Assembly: GCF_009914755.1 (NCBI RefSeq)
Contig: NC_060939.1
From: the human T2T-CHM13v2.0 reference genome, Homo sapiens
Length of the DNA stretch: 64,000 nt
Strand: one strand, 5' to 3'
Part shown: piece by piece, positions 39,258 to 62,324 of the stretch
How positions within the stretch are numbered: the stretch's first letter is position 1
Layout of the letters: each line of letters opens with the position of its first letter
The notes under the pieces: generated by a model
What the model was told of the DNA's origin: nothing
What the model saw: only the letters and a program-made list of their open reading frames with translations
Databases searched by the model: none
Translations under genes and position numbers: made by a program

Positions 39258-39686
39258 TCAACACTTTGGGAGGGCGACGCAGGAGGTTTGCTTGAACCCA
39301 GGAGTTTGAGGCTGCAGTGAGTATAATTGCCCCAGTGCATTCATTCTGGCCTAAGTGACAGAGAAAGACCTTGTCACTAAAAATAAATAAAAAACAGACT
39401 TCATGTTTCTTGGATTTATTTCTATATCGTAATAAGGAATGATTTAAAGGCAGAAATGTATTCGATTTTGTTTTCTGAATATTATATAAGTTTTTCTAGT
39501 AGCATAAATCTAACTGAGATGAGAGGTGCTGCTGATGCTGCTGATTTTTATCTTAAAATTACAAGTAGGCCGGGCACGGTGGCTCACACCTGTAATCCCA
39601 GCACTTTGGGAGACCAAGGCGGATGGATTACAAGGTCAGGAGTTCAAGACCAACCTGACCAACATGGTAAAACCCTCTCTCTACTA

Positions 39687-39884
<198 letters not shown>

Positions 39885-40959
39885 CTATTTTACACCCCAA
39901 TTTTAATTCTCTTTAAAGAGACATGTGATGTTAAGATTTACATACATTACTTTTTCATGTATTTCGTGTTAATCCATACTATAAACACCAATATGGTGTA
40001 GCTGAGAAAAATCTATAAAATATATTTTGCTCATTTCAATAAATGGGCCATATTCTACTTTATTATTTTGAATTTTAAGAAACTACTGATAACTGAATTT
40101 CATGCTACCTACGATCAATTTTGAGAAGACACTGAAAGTCCTATTGTATGCATTTTTTTTTCAATATTATCCGGTTGCTTTCCTATCTCAAACCTCGTTT
40201 CACAAAACTGGGCTGCCTTGACTGTGTATGATTAATGGTAATAATTTATCTTCTAATTCAAAGGTGGTTCCGTTTAAAATGGGATGTTACTTATAATACA
40301 GGTAAGAATTTTAACTCATACTACTTATGAAGAAACAAAAGCTCTGGTAGGTTCCATGACTTGCCCAAGGTCAGTAACTAGCAACTGGCATAGTCTAGGT
40401 TCAACCCAAGATTTATCTGCCTGAAAGTCAATACTTCCACTTGACCGCAATTATCTCCTTAAAAGATTAAGACACAGGCTCAACAGCAGAACATTCATTC
40501 TCTCTCTGAAAATTCACATATCTGTTCTGAGACATCACTACACAGCACCTAGTATTCAGTCACTGATTGAAACAAAAATGAAGAGGATCTTTCTACTTCA
40601 TTTAAATTAGGACAGGTTTACTGGCAGGTAAGAAAGAGGCTGCAAAAGCCTTGCCTCAACATGTCTTGCCTAGACCTGTGATACATCTATATGGTTTCCC
40701 CAGTCCATTCTTTTTAAATAAACACGTACATCTACTACACAAGACTACACCTGGACTAGCCTATTGTTAAATGCTTTTCAGAATTCCACTTTTCTAAGGT
40801 AATTTATACCGGAATTAATATCGAGCTGGGAGACTTGGTTGAATATGTCATTCAGGCACTTTCCAAACATCTTAAGTGTCATTTAGGGGCAACAAACCCA
40901 GTTCCACTCTCTTTTACATTGTGATGCCTGCCCACTTGGGGGACATTGCTCCTGTAGGA

Positions 40960-42010
40960 CGTGGGGGCGAGGAAACAGTAAAGGAAGAAGTGGGGGAAGC
41001 GTACGGAAGTTGGGTAGAGGAAAGTCTCATTACCCACTCTTGTGCCCTAAGCTCCGCCAAGGGCGGCTCCCCGCGGTACCCAGTCGACTCAGAACCCCCA
41101 CAACCTTCGAAGTCCAGCTCTGTCCCAGCGGGGTGGGTAGGGAAAGAGGGCAATGGAAGCACGGGATAGCCCCAGTCACCCTGACGAGATCTGTGCCCTC
41201 CTTTTGGCTCCCGGGGGATGCTCCCCCTTTCAGAGTAAGCCCTCCAGGTGGCAAACTCCCGGTCCACACCGGCTAGAGTCAGTTTCTCGGAAGGGGCGCC
41301 TCCTCCGCCTACCTCTACCCCGCTAACCGAAACTCTCCACCCGCTGTGTCCCTCAGCCCCTCCATTCCGCCCCCGCAACCCTCCACAGACACAAACGCCA
41401 GCCTGCGCCCCACCCGGGATCACGGCGTCCCCCACCCACGCCCAGGAAAGGGCCCCCCACCAACCCCCTCAGACACACACACACCCCCTCAGACTTCAGC
41501 CTACAGAACCCCGACGAAGCCGGGCAGATACCTGGTCCAGCAGTGCTGCAAGGCGCAAATGAGGCGGGCGCGGTCCCCTCCCCGAGGCGCCAAGTGCTTC
41601 TCTACCCACCCGCAGCGGTGGTTTCTCTCTTTCCCAGGAGCGGGAGGGAGGGGAGAAGGCGGACGGGAGGGGGAAGGCGAGGAGCCGAGGGGCGGCTGGA
41701 GCCGAACCGGAACCACTAGCGCGGCCCCGCCCTCGTCCCGGAGTCGCAGAGTACCCTGGCGGGCCTAATAGGACAAACTTTGGGCAGGCAGCGTTAAACT
41801 GACACCATCACTTCCGGGTTATCCCCACGGCTGCCCCCTCCTTAGCAACCGCGTGGGGTTGCTAAGCGGAAGTGCCTTCAAAGCAACCCACCCCCATTTC
41901 TTCTGGGACTACCAGAAGATATATCGGGAGCACTGAGCTCTGCTTTGGCAACACGCTCTTACCTTCTGCTCAAGATCTTAGACCAAGTACACGCTTCGCT
42001 GCCAGAGGCA
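40960..42010. promoter_or_regulatory. CpG island / promoter of the minus-strand gene (CSNK1G1)
   Basis: High GC and dense CpG in unique sequence. GC box ccccgccc at ~41725, ETS motifs cacttccg (41809-41816) and cggaagtg (41867-41874), RFX-like half sites at 41841-41866. Confidence 0.9.
41532..41770 (-). other. CSNK1G1: Non-coding first exon (5'UTR) of casein kinase 1 gamma 1; TSS approximate
   Basis: Lies inside the CpG island, has a minus-strand donor GCTGGACCAG|gtatct at 41532/41531, and has no ATG in the exon. The identity rests on recalled synteny (CSNK1G1 starts about 9 kb downstream of PCLAF on the same strand). No CSNK1G1 coding sequence is in the window. Confidence 0.8.
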
Positions 42011-42595
42011 CGAAACCCATCCCGCTTTTCCCTTCAACTGTACTCCTCCACCAAGCCCCCGTCTCTATATACTCCTGCTCCCTCCCACCCTTAATCCCGT
42101 GGCTGACCCAGTGGCTGTTCCTAAGGCTCCAGGCTCCTCTCTCAGGTCCCTCGAGGGAATTATTTTCTGACGGTTTAGCAAGCATCTCCCTCTTGTGGAT
42201 TTTTAATTGTGTTTCAACCAGATTTTTAAAATTTCTTTCAATGTTGTGAAAGGTTTTTCATGCACTTAGTTCTCCTGTGACAGCCCATGAAGCCGAATGG
42301 TTAGAAAAATGTTGTCTTCACCTACATTTTGTAAGAGCTGCACATGTTTGTGTAAGGTCTGGAATTAACCTAGCCAAATGGAATAGGCAAAAAAGATTCA
42401 ATGTAACTCGACAGTTATTTTAATCCTTAAAACAGAGAGCAGGGCACATGTTCTCAGGACCTCTTGAGACTGCGCCTCGGGGGCGGGGTGGTGGTGGAAA
42501 AAAGACAGAAAACAAAGAAAAAGGCTAAAGGGAGCCCATAATCAAATTTGGGAAGGAAGAAGACTGTCTAATCCTCCACTCAAAACTCAAAATAT

Positions 42596-43223
<628 letters not shown>

Positions 43224-43340
43224 CCTTCAAAATAAACTTTCATACCGACACTATGGATAAGAAAAGAGACCTCATTTATTGTGTCTGGGTGATTTGGGGT
43301 TTGAAAATATTGGGAAAATGAATGGTTGGGGTAAAAGTTA

Positions 43341-43700
<360 letters not shown>

Positions 43701-44325
43701 TTATGGCAGGTAAAATATTCAGAGAAATGCAGTTGGGCATTCAGAGAAAAATGAGTAAAAATCTTCATTTGGTTTTCCTATCTTAAATAGGTCTTCTTAC
43801 AAGCAGAATGCTTAACAGTAGCTCCTAAATTTGTTTTCTATTCCATGGCAGTGAATATACTTGCCACGGCAGGCTCTAATTTTATTGGTCATGATAACCT
43901 CTTTATAGACACCAAAATTGAACTGTTATCCACCTTAACTGGGGCAGAGAGGAAATGAGCTTTGGTCACTTAAACGAAACACCACGTCTATTGGTTTCCT
44001 GTATGCATGAGACAGGGTTAAATTGATTCACCATAGGCAATCACTTCAGCAAAACCTTTAGGAAATCACTTCAAACTCAAATGGGTCAATAGGATGTTTA
44101 ATACATCTCCACCTCTGCCATTGACATGAATACATGTGGGAGTATATACACATGCACAATTCAAATGGAATTTCAGCTCATCCACTAATTGTTCCTTTAA
44201 AAACCTGGGCGGGATGCAGTGGCTCACACATGTAACCCCAGCACTTTGGGAGGCCAAGGAGGGTGGGTCATCTGAGGTCAGAAGTTTGAGACCAGCCTGG
44301 CCAACATGGAGAAACCCCATCTCTA

Positions 44326-44578
<253 letters not shown>

Positions 44579-45498
44579 TCAATTGCCAAACAGGTTTAAA
44601 TATCAAAAAACTTTGAAATAGTAAATAAAATGAGCTCAATGAACAACAATATATCTAAAACTATGATAGACTAGGATGTTTCAAAAAATTAAAACATGAT
44701 TATGGTAAATAATAAATGTGTTCTATAGAAAGAAATGTTTTATTAAGAAAATCAATAGTTATGATTAAATGTGATAGCGTAAGCCAATGTAGAAATGCAA
44801 ATTCCTATGCATCACTCATTTTACCCACTGCCTGAAGAAAAATGATTTATAAGCAGCATTTGTTTACATCCTCTCTTCCTACAGCTTTTTTAAAAACTCC
44901 AGGCACTTTTGTATAGGTGTATGAATAACTGGCTTGACTCCTAATTCATCACATGTCCTCTATTCTATTATTTTCAACATACTCATTGCTTTGAGATCTC
45001 TAAAGATAGATAGTACAAACCCCACCTAAAATTAGGTATGTGAGTTTAACTACACTTTTGTAATTTTTGTGGGGAATCCATAGTCTCTCTCTTTTTTTTT
45101 TTTCTTTTTAGACAGGGTCTCACTCTGTCACCCAGGCTGGAGTGCAGGCACAATCTTGGCTCACTGCAGCCTTCACCTCGTAGGCTCAAGCGATCCTTCT
45201 ACCTCAGCCTCCCAAATAGCTGGCACTACAGGCATGCAGTGTGCAGCCACACCCAGCTAATTTTTGTATTTTCTGTAGAGATGGGATCTCACTATGTTGC
45301 CCAGGCTGGTCTTGAACTCCTGAGCTTAAGCAATCCGCTTGCCTCAGCCTCCCAAAGTGCCGGGATTATAGCTGTGAACCACCACACCTGGCTAATTTTT
45401 GTATTTTTTGTAGAGAAGGGGGTCTCATTCTGTTGCCCAGGCTGGTCTTGAACTCTTGGAGGCCTCAGCCTCCCAAAGTGCTGGGATTACAGGTGTGA

Positions 45499-45824
<326 letters not shown>

Positions 45825-46114
45825 CATGAATCCATATTCTTAATATGAACTATAAGGCAGTGCTCTCAGATCTGGGCCAGATCTCAAATAGCCCTCATTA
45901 AGTCAGTACAGTACCTTCATCCTACAGATCAATATGGGACTTCCAAACTTTTCTCCCACTCTCTTGAGCTGTCTTCATTTTTTTTATTGCCCTTGGTAAT
46001 CATTTAAAAACTTAACATATCTAATGTATATTGGGGAAACCCAATATGCTGTAACTCAATTATTAATATTTAAATACTACTACAGGAATTAATATTTAAA
46101 TATTGTTAGAGTTA

Positions 46115-46463
<349 letters not shown>

Positions 46464-46961
46464 TTAATGAATGTGTGGAGTCAATAAGAAGAAATTTAGC
46501 CAAACTTATCATTTATGTGCCTAAGCAATATACAATATAAAAGACATAGTCCCTTACACAAGGGACTCAGAGAAAGTCACTTAGGATACACATAACATAA
46601 ACCATCAAATGTTAATGCTTAGAAAGCTTGAAGACATAACAGCCTTAGGAAGGCTAAAGATATAACAATTATCTAAATAATTGAAGGTTGCGGCCGGGCA
46701 CAGTGGCTCATACCTATAATCTCTCTCCCACTTTCATATGCTATTCTCAAAGGTAAAAGAAACCATTATAACAATGATGGTTGAACCAAGGCTCAGTTGA
46801 ACATTTTTTTTCTGAAAGTGAGTTAGCTTGAAGATTCAAGTACAGTAGAATTTGTAAGCAGTGTACACATGAGAAAAGTGCATTTAGTTTAGGCTTTATA
46901 TTCCATGTTTTTGTCTGTTGAGACGGGGTCTCCCTTTGTTGAGCAGGTTAGAGTGCAGTGA

Positions 46962-47213
<252 letters not shown>

Positions 47214-47449
47214 TAGAATCTCATGGGAGAGATGAGGGGGAAAAATAATAAGCATTTGACATCTTTTAAATAAGTCTTTGAGCTCTCTTTATAATTTTCT
47301 CTTGAGTATTTGCTCTTCCTTTGTAAAACTATGGAAACACAAAATACATATGATGCTCACAATGCTCTAGCATTCAAAAATTCCAGAGTAGTTTTAATCA
47401 TTATCTGGTCAGGAGTAACACTAGCATTAATAATTTGAATAATGCATTA

Positions 47450-47742
<293 letters not shown>

Positions 47743-48512
47743 TCAAAAAAAAAAAAAAAACAGACTAACTTTGTGAAGAAGGGTACAAAATTAAAACCTT
47801 GGTTTTGACTGGGCATGGTGGCTCACACCTTTAACCCCAGCAGTTTCAGAGGTTGAGGCAGGAGGATCGCTTGAGCCCAGGGGTTCAAGACCAGCTTGTG
47901 ACAGAGCAAAACCGCATATCTAAAAAAGAATTTAAAATTAGCTGAGCGTGGTGGCGCATGCCTTAGTCCCAGCTACTCAGGAGGCTGAGGCAGGAGGATC
48001 ACTTGAGCAAGGGAGGTTGAGGCTGCAGTGAGCTGAGATCACACCACTGCACTCTGGCCTGGGCAATAGAGTAAGATCCTGCCTCAAAATCAATCAATCA
48101 ATCAATCTTAGTTAAACTATCTTCTTAATGGGTAGATTTTACTTTTTAATTCAGTTTCAATGAAAAGAAGGGGTCTATACTTCCCTTCTGTTTAGAAAAG
48201 CTAAGTGGCCATGCTACATTTTGAAAATGCTTCGAAAAGGAAACATTATGTATAAATTTGCCTAATGAAAGTGAAACATCATCAAATATATACTTGAAAA
48301 TTTTTTTTTTTTTGAGACGGAGTCCCACTCTGTGGCCCAGGCTGGAGTGCAGTGGCATATCTCGGCTCACTACAACCTCCACCTCCCAGGTTCAAGTGAT
48401 TCTCCTGCCTCAGCCTCCTGAGTAATTGGGACTACAGGCATGTACCACCCTGCCCAGCTAATTTTTGCATTTTTATTATTTATTTATTTTATTTATTTAT
48501 TTTTTGAGATAG

Positions 48513-49297
<785 letters not shown>

Positions 49298-50055
49298 TCA
49301 GGCGGATCACCTGAGGTCAGGAGTTGGGAGTTGGAGACCAACCTGGTCAACATGGTGAAACCCTGCCTCTACTAAAAATGCAAAAATTAGCTGGGCGTGG
49401 TGGCGAGCACCTGTAGTCCCAGCTACTCCGGAGTCTGAGTTAGGAGAATCGCTTGAACCTGGGAGGCAGAAGTTGTTGTGAGCCAAGGTCAAGCCACTGC
49501 ACTCTGGCCTGGGTGACAGAGCGAGACTCCATCTAAAAAAGAAAAGAAAAGAAAAATAGCAAATGAAGTGTCAGACCCATTAAAACTTGACTTCAAGATA
49601 TTTTGTTTAAACTACTCCTTAAAAATAAACCTAATTATCAAATAAGTACTTGGGATTTTAGAACCTCAGCTCCCAATTCAATAACATACTGTTTAATAAT
49701 ATCCACCTCTAAAAGACAAAGCAAAAAATATAATCTACAATCATTCGGACTCAAACAGTTTGGAAGGTGTTAAAATCAGGTCAATGCTCTGATTTGTATT
49801 TGGAAAGAATAAAATAGGACATAATTTTAGGAAGCACACAAATGGATAGTGTATTGTAAAAATAAGTATGCATTTATTACAAACGTATTTCAGAAAAATA
49901 TGCCTACTAAAATATGATTACTTTTGACAACAGGCTGCTGCAAAAAGGGTGATGAGGAATATTATACCCACTTCTTCAATTATACCTCTGGTTATGTTGA
50001 AAAATGTCATAGTAGCTCTTAGGAGTTTTGCCATGCCTATGGGTTTATGGCATGA

Positions 50056-50463
<408 letters not shown>

Positions 50464-50536
50464 TGATCCACCTGCCTTGGCCTCCCAAAGTGCTGGGATT
50501 ACAGGTGTGAGCCACTGCACTCAGCCTTTTTTAAAA

Positions 50537-50844
<308 letters not shown>

Positions 50845-51114
50845 TAAAAATTGTTTTAGAGATAGGGTTTACGCTATGTTGCCTGGGCTGGTCTCCAACT
50901 CCTGGACTCAAGCAAACCTCCCTCCTCAGCCTCCTGAGAAGCCACTGTGCCCACCATGATTCTATCCTAGTATTTTATCTTTTTTCTTGTTGTTGTAGAG
51001 GCATTATCAACCGTTTAAACCCTCAAGACCAAATTATCTTTACATTTTTTTAAAGAGAAGATATCCATCCAAGGTTTTCCAACATTGCGTATTTGTCCTC
51101 CTTGCCAAAAAAGA

Positions 51115-51573
51115 GGGTAGAATAAGTAATGTTTAATTAATACTGAATTTTTTAATGTGCAAAAATCTAACTCTGCTTTTTAAAGCAAGTAGAAGGAGTG
51201 ACAATATGGCACCATTCCAATAATCAAACACCAATAAAAATGGCAGCAGTACAACAATCTAAGCAAATCTCAAATACAACATACTTGTAATTAGAACACA
51301 ATGCAATGACTTGATTTTAGCAAGAACTAGACACTTAATTTGGTAAAAGAAACCAAACAATGCATTATATTGAATACTAAGCTAAGTTACCATAATTAGT
51401 CTTACAAATTCTCAAATTTCACAACTACTTTTGAACATCTAAATTTAAACCTAAATTTTTTAATTAAATGCCTGTTCAACAAAGCTAATTGGAACAAACA
51501 CATTTATGTAAATTTACATTCTAGAATACCAGGGTAAACAAGGAGACGTTATTCAAAGATGAATGAGAAAGTT
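51115..51573 (-). other. PCLAF: PCLAF 3'UTR (short form), with candidate ATTAAA poly(A) signals at 51151-51156 and 51132-51137
   Basis: Unique AT-rich sequence after the stop codon; two plus-strand tttaat motifs read ATTAAA on the minus strand. The exact 3' end is inferred and longer forms are possible. Confidence 0.6.
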
Positions 51574-51619
51574 CTATTCTTTTTCATCATTTGTGTGATC
51601 AGGTTGCAAAGGACATGCT
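51574..51619 (-). CDS. PCLAF: PCLAF last coding exon (exon 4), CDS part
   Basis: Acceptor ctctcttcttttcacag|A GCA TGT CCT TTG CAA CCT GAT CAC ACA AAT GAT GAA AAA GAA TAG = (K)ACPLQPDHTNDEKE*, the known C-terminus. The phase matches exon 3. Confidence 0.97.
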
Positions 51620-52234
51620 CTGTGAAAAGAAGAGAGAACATCAATAGCCATCCAAGTATCAACTGTTTGAAAAAAATAGTTACAAACCTATATAAATCAG
51701 GAACATTAATTAACAGTGCAGTAGATCTGGTCTAATGACTAGAAATGAAAGAAAATTAAACTTCATTAATTAACAAACACCTACAAATTTCAAGTATTAA
51801 TGCAACAAAATTTTTAACAATTTATTTGCCTGTTAATTTGCAGAATCAGTGTTTCTCCTTTAGACTACGTTGTAATTTTTATTAAAAAAAGAATCTATTT
51901 ATATAGCATATTATTTCAACATGTTATTAAATGGATTGATAAACAATATAATCCTTCAGCAAGAACTTTGTGGTAACAAAAAGTAAAAAAATTAACCAAT
52001 CCACTTTAGCAGAGAAAACATATAGCAAGTTGTCCTTTGACTATATATACTCTTTTGAACCATGTGATTACATTAACTAATTAGGAAAAACCCCAAATTG
52101 GCCAGACACAGTGACTTACACTCATAATCCCAGCACTTTGGGAGGATGAGGCAGGAGGATTGCTTGAGCCCAAGAGTTTGAGACCAACCTGGGCAACTTA
52201 GTGACACCCCATCTCTACAAAAAATAAAAAATCA

Positions 52235-52525
<291 letters not shown>

Positions 52526-53003
52526 TTAGTTGGTCGTGGTGGCACATCCCTATAGTTTCAGCGACTCAGGAGGCCTGAGGCAGGAGGATCACTTCAAGGT
52601 TGCAGTCAGCCATGATTGATTGTGCCACTGCACTCCAGCCTGGGAAACAGAGCAGGTCTCTGTGTCAATAAAACAAAAAAAGAAGAAGAAAAAAGAAAAA
52701 CCCCAAAATTGTTAGCATAGAATAGTTGTAGCTTTTGAAAAATAATTTACATTATCCCAAAGTCAGGGAGGGCCCTGTGGCTCGTGCCTCTAATCTCAGC
52801 ACTTCGGGAGGCCGAGGCGGGTGGATCACCTGAGGTCAGAAGTTCGAGACCAGCCTGGCCAACATGGTGAAACACATCTCTACTAAAAATACAAAAATTA
52901 GCCGGGCATGGTAGCAGGTGCCTGTAATCCCAGCTACTTGGGAGGCTCAGCCAGGAGAATTGCTTGAACCTAGGAGGCAGAGGTTGCCGTGAGCCAAAAC
53001 TGA

Positions 53004-53329
<326 letters not shown>

Positions 53330-53516
53330 TAATCCGCCTGCCTTGGCCTCTCAAAGTACTGGGATTACAGGCATGAGCCACCGTGCCCAGCCTCATTACA
53401 CTTTTTATGGAGGAAAAGTCAATTCAAAACTTAATCAAAAACTACTTTTTTTTTTGGTTTATTAGAGCTGACAAAGATTTGTAAGATCTACTCTAAAATT
53501 CTTGGTTTTCAAATTA

Positions 53517-53663
<147 letters not shown>

Positions 53664-55147
53664 TCATCTGAGGTCAGGAGTTCGAGACCAGTCTAGCCAA
53701 CATAATGAAACCCTGTCTCTACTAAAAATACAAAAACAATTAGCTGGGCATGGTGACGCGTGCCTGTAATCCCAGCTACTCAGGAGGCTGAGGCAGGAGA
53801 ATCGCTTGAACCCAGGAGGTGGACTCCAGCCTGGGCAACAAGAGCAAAAACTCTGTCTCAGTAAAAAAAACAAAAACAAAATAAGATTATCATTAACTCA
53901 GTATTAGATAACAAAGATATCTTCATTGTATTTTCCTGGAAATTAAATCAAATTAACAAATGAACATTATCATAACCCAGACTTCCTTTGTGCAAGCGCC
54001 TGATTTACTTTAGGCATCATAACTCTGTTAAAGGTTTAAGTAGATAGTCTTCCTTGATTCTGACTCTTCCCCCACGCAACTGCTGGGAGTTTACCCTGCC
54101 TTTGGGAGAAAAATAAGGCCATGGGAATAACTATATTCCATAGAGAGTTTATATCATAAATCCTTCTAATAAACTCATTTATTATTTCAATAAAGGGGTA
54201 ATTACAATCCTCCTAAACAATGGCAAATCTAAGAACAGGACCTAAAGAAATAATATAAACCTCTATTACCTAGGTTTATGTCACAGATTTTATAATACCA
54301 TGGATTAAAGTTCTTTATGAGAATACATGTGTAATCTCTTTTCATATGGTGGGAAGGCTATAATATAGGTTTTATTCCTGTGATGATCAGTGTTATAGTC
54401 ACATTTGGCTATATTGCCAAATATTTTATTTCCTTGATGTAAGTCACAGGTAATTCAAGAAGTCTGAAATATATTCTAAAGCTAGTCTTGACTATCAGCT
54501 TGTTCCTGTTGGAAAAAAGAACGAGGAAGAAAGGTGCCAGACAATGACAGAGAACTAAAAGAAATTTATTGGATCAGGAAAGCAAAACTATTAAAAAGCT
54601 TTATCCAAAATGTATCCCTCTGGGGCCAGGCATCATGGCTGAGGCCCGTAATCCCAACACTTTGGGAAGCTGAGGTGTTAGGATTGCTTGAGCCCAGGAG
54701 TTCAAGACCAGCCTAGGCAACATAGCAAGGCCTGGTCTCTACTAAAAATTTAAAATTAGCCAGGAGCAATGGCATGCATCTATAGTCCCAGCTACTCAGG
54801 AGGCTGAAGTGGGAAAATTGCTTGAGTACAAGAGGTCAAGGCTACAGCGAGCTATGATCTCACCACTGCACTCCAGCCTGAGTAACAGAGCAAAATCCTG
54901 TCTCTTTAAAAAAAAAAAAAAAAAAAAAAATCCTGTCTCTAAAAAAAAAAGGGTATCCCTTTGGTTGATTTTTATGGAAACCAGAAATCATGATAGTGAT
55001 ATAACAACAAAGCCTAAGATTTAATTGCTGCTAATCTCACAACATGGATCATAGACACTCAATTACTATTTACTAAATGAGCTTATGAACAGCACTGAAT
55101 AATTTCTTTTTTTTTGAGATGGAGTCTCACTTTGTTGCCCAGGCTGA

Positions 55148-59271
<4,124 letters not shown>

Positions 59272-59741
59272 CAAGTACTTTGTTTCGAAACAAAACATTT
59301 AAGTTGCTTAGAAAGCCTGGACCTTATTAATTACAAATCTATAAAAAGGCAGATTTCGAATCTTTTTTTCCCAAGTGGCGTGATTTTTCCCTTGGTTTTT
59401 TTTTCTGTCCCATATGACCTTCAGAAATTTTTCTTGATTCTTAAAAGTGATGCAAATTTTTTGTTAAAAGTTGTTAGCACAGGGTATGAGAAGAGGTTTT
59501 TACCCAGAGATAAGTATTATTGATATTTGGTATATTTTCATATAGTACATATACATGTATTTACACAGTAAAGATTGTACTTTTGTATCCAGAATTTTGG
59601 GTTAACAATTATTGTGAGCATTTTCCTGTCATTAAAAATGTAAAAGGTATGGTTTCATTAACTTCTTAAAAAGTTTGTGGCCGGGTGTGGTTGCACTCGC
59701 CTGTAATCCCAGCACTTTGGGAGGCCGAGGCGGGCAGATCA

Positions 59742-60070
<329 letters not shown>

Positions 60071-60486
60071 CTAGGCAACGTGGCAAAACCTCATCTCTAC
60101 CAAAAACACAAAAAATTAGCTGAACTCCATGGCACATGCCTGTAATTCCAGCTACTTGGAAGGCTGAGGTGGGAGAATCAATCGAACCCAGGAGGCAGAG
60201 GTTGAAGTGAGCGAACATTGGGCCACTGCATTACAGCCTGGGTGACAGAGTGAGACCCCCATATCAAAAAAAAAAAAAAAAAGGAAGAAAGAAAGAAAAA
60301 AAGGAAAAAAGGAATGAGATATTCATGAAATACAACGGATGAAACTCGGAAACTTTTTTTTAAAGGTTGCACACCAAGTTTGGTGTGTGTAGTTTTATCC
60401 CTACTTTTTGTTTTTCACTATTCTTACGTACTTACAGAGAAGTTGTAAAGACAATACACCATGGTATTATTCCTAGTTGGTTCTAG

Positions 60487-60769
<283 letters not shown>

Positions 60770-60824
60770 TGATCTTGTGATCTGCCTGCCTTGGACTCTC
60801 AAAGTGCTGGGATTACAGAGGTGA

Positions 60825-61151
<327 letters not shown>

Positions 61152-61426
61152 TAAGGGACAGGATTAATGGAATTCAAGTTATATAAGCCAACAAGGAAAT
61201 TGCCTTGTAAGAAAAGCCTAAAGGAAAAAGACAGTAAGAATTAAAGACTCAATACACTAAGTTCATGGTTAATGACATAGCACTTATGTGAATGGGAACT
61301 GATCCTCTTTGAGAGATTGGGAAGAGTAAAAAGAATACTTTTTACTAATGTTTGAAATTTGCTGGCTGGATGCAGTGGCTCACGCCTGTAATCCCAGTAC
61401 TTTGGGAGGCTAAGGTGGGTAGATCA

Positions 61427-61703
<277 letters not shown>

Positions 61704-62161
61704 TTAAAAACTTTTTTTGCATTTTCTTATGAGCTTGAAGAGAAACTTGACTCAATATCCTATTTGTCCTTTATTTTCAAGATATTTTCTTTATTAATTA
61801 ATTAATTAATTTTTTATTTGAGACAGAGTCTCACTCTGTCCCCCAGACTGGAGGGCAGTGGCGTGAAAATGAGATACATGTGCATTACATGCAAGTTTGT
61901 TATATAGGTATATGTGTGCATGGTGGTTTGCTGCACCAAGCAATTCTTTTGTTTGAGCCTCCCAAATAGCTAGGACAACAGGTGTGCACCAGCACGCCGA
62001 GCTAATTTTGTATTTTTAGTAGAGACAGGGTTCCACCATGTTGGACAGGCTGGTTTTGAACTCCTGGCCTCAAGTGATCCTCCCGCCTCAGCCTCCCAAA
62101 GTGCTGGGATTACAGGCGTGAGATAAATATTTTCTTTATATTCCAGAATATAAAAACTTAC

Positions 62162-62324
62162 TTTCTCTTTGCTTTTCCTAAGCCACTGCTTCCTGCCTCT
62201 TCAGGAATCTGATTCTCTTTTTCAGAATCTTTAGGGGACAACCTAAAGAATTCTCCAATTCCTTTTTGCCACTTGGGAGTTGGGCGCACGCAAACGGGGT
62301 TCCCTCCTGCATATTTATTTTCAG
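62162..62324 (-). CDS. PCLAF: PCNA clamp associated factor (PAF15/KIAA0101), coding exon 3 (163 nt)
   Basis: Minus strand reads ttttacag|CT GAA AAT...AAG AGA AA|gtaagt and translates to (A)[53 protein letters not shown](K). This matches PCLAF, including the PIP box QKGIGEFF and the KEN box. Canonical AG/GT ends. Confidence 0.97.

Noticed and set aside
40876-42249. Overlapping 70-170 aa ORFs in the CpG island
   Set aside because: Expected from stop-codon scarcity in GC-rich DNA; low-complexity Pro/Gly/Arg content and no recognisable homology.
42442-42482. Short MER4-group LTR-like motif gggcacatgttctcaggacctc
   Set aside because: Only about 40 bp of resemblance; cannot be assigned without a Dfam search.
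59279-59294. 16-bp perfect palindrome tttgtttcgaaacaaa overlapping the CD24 retrocopy 5' TSD
   Set aside because: Short and AT-rich; cannot be distinguished from chance.
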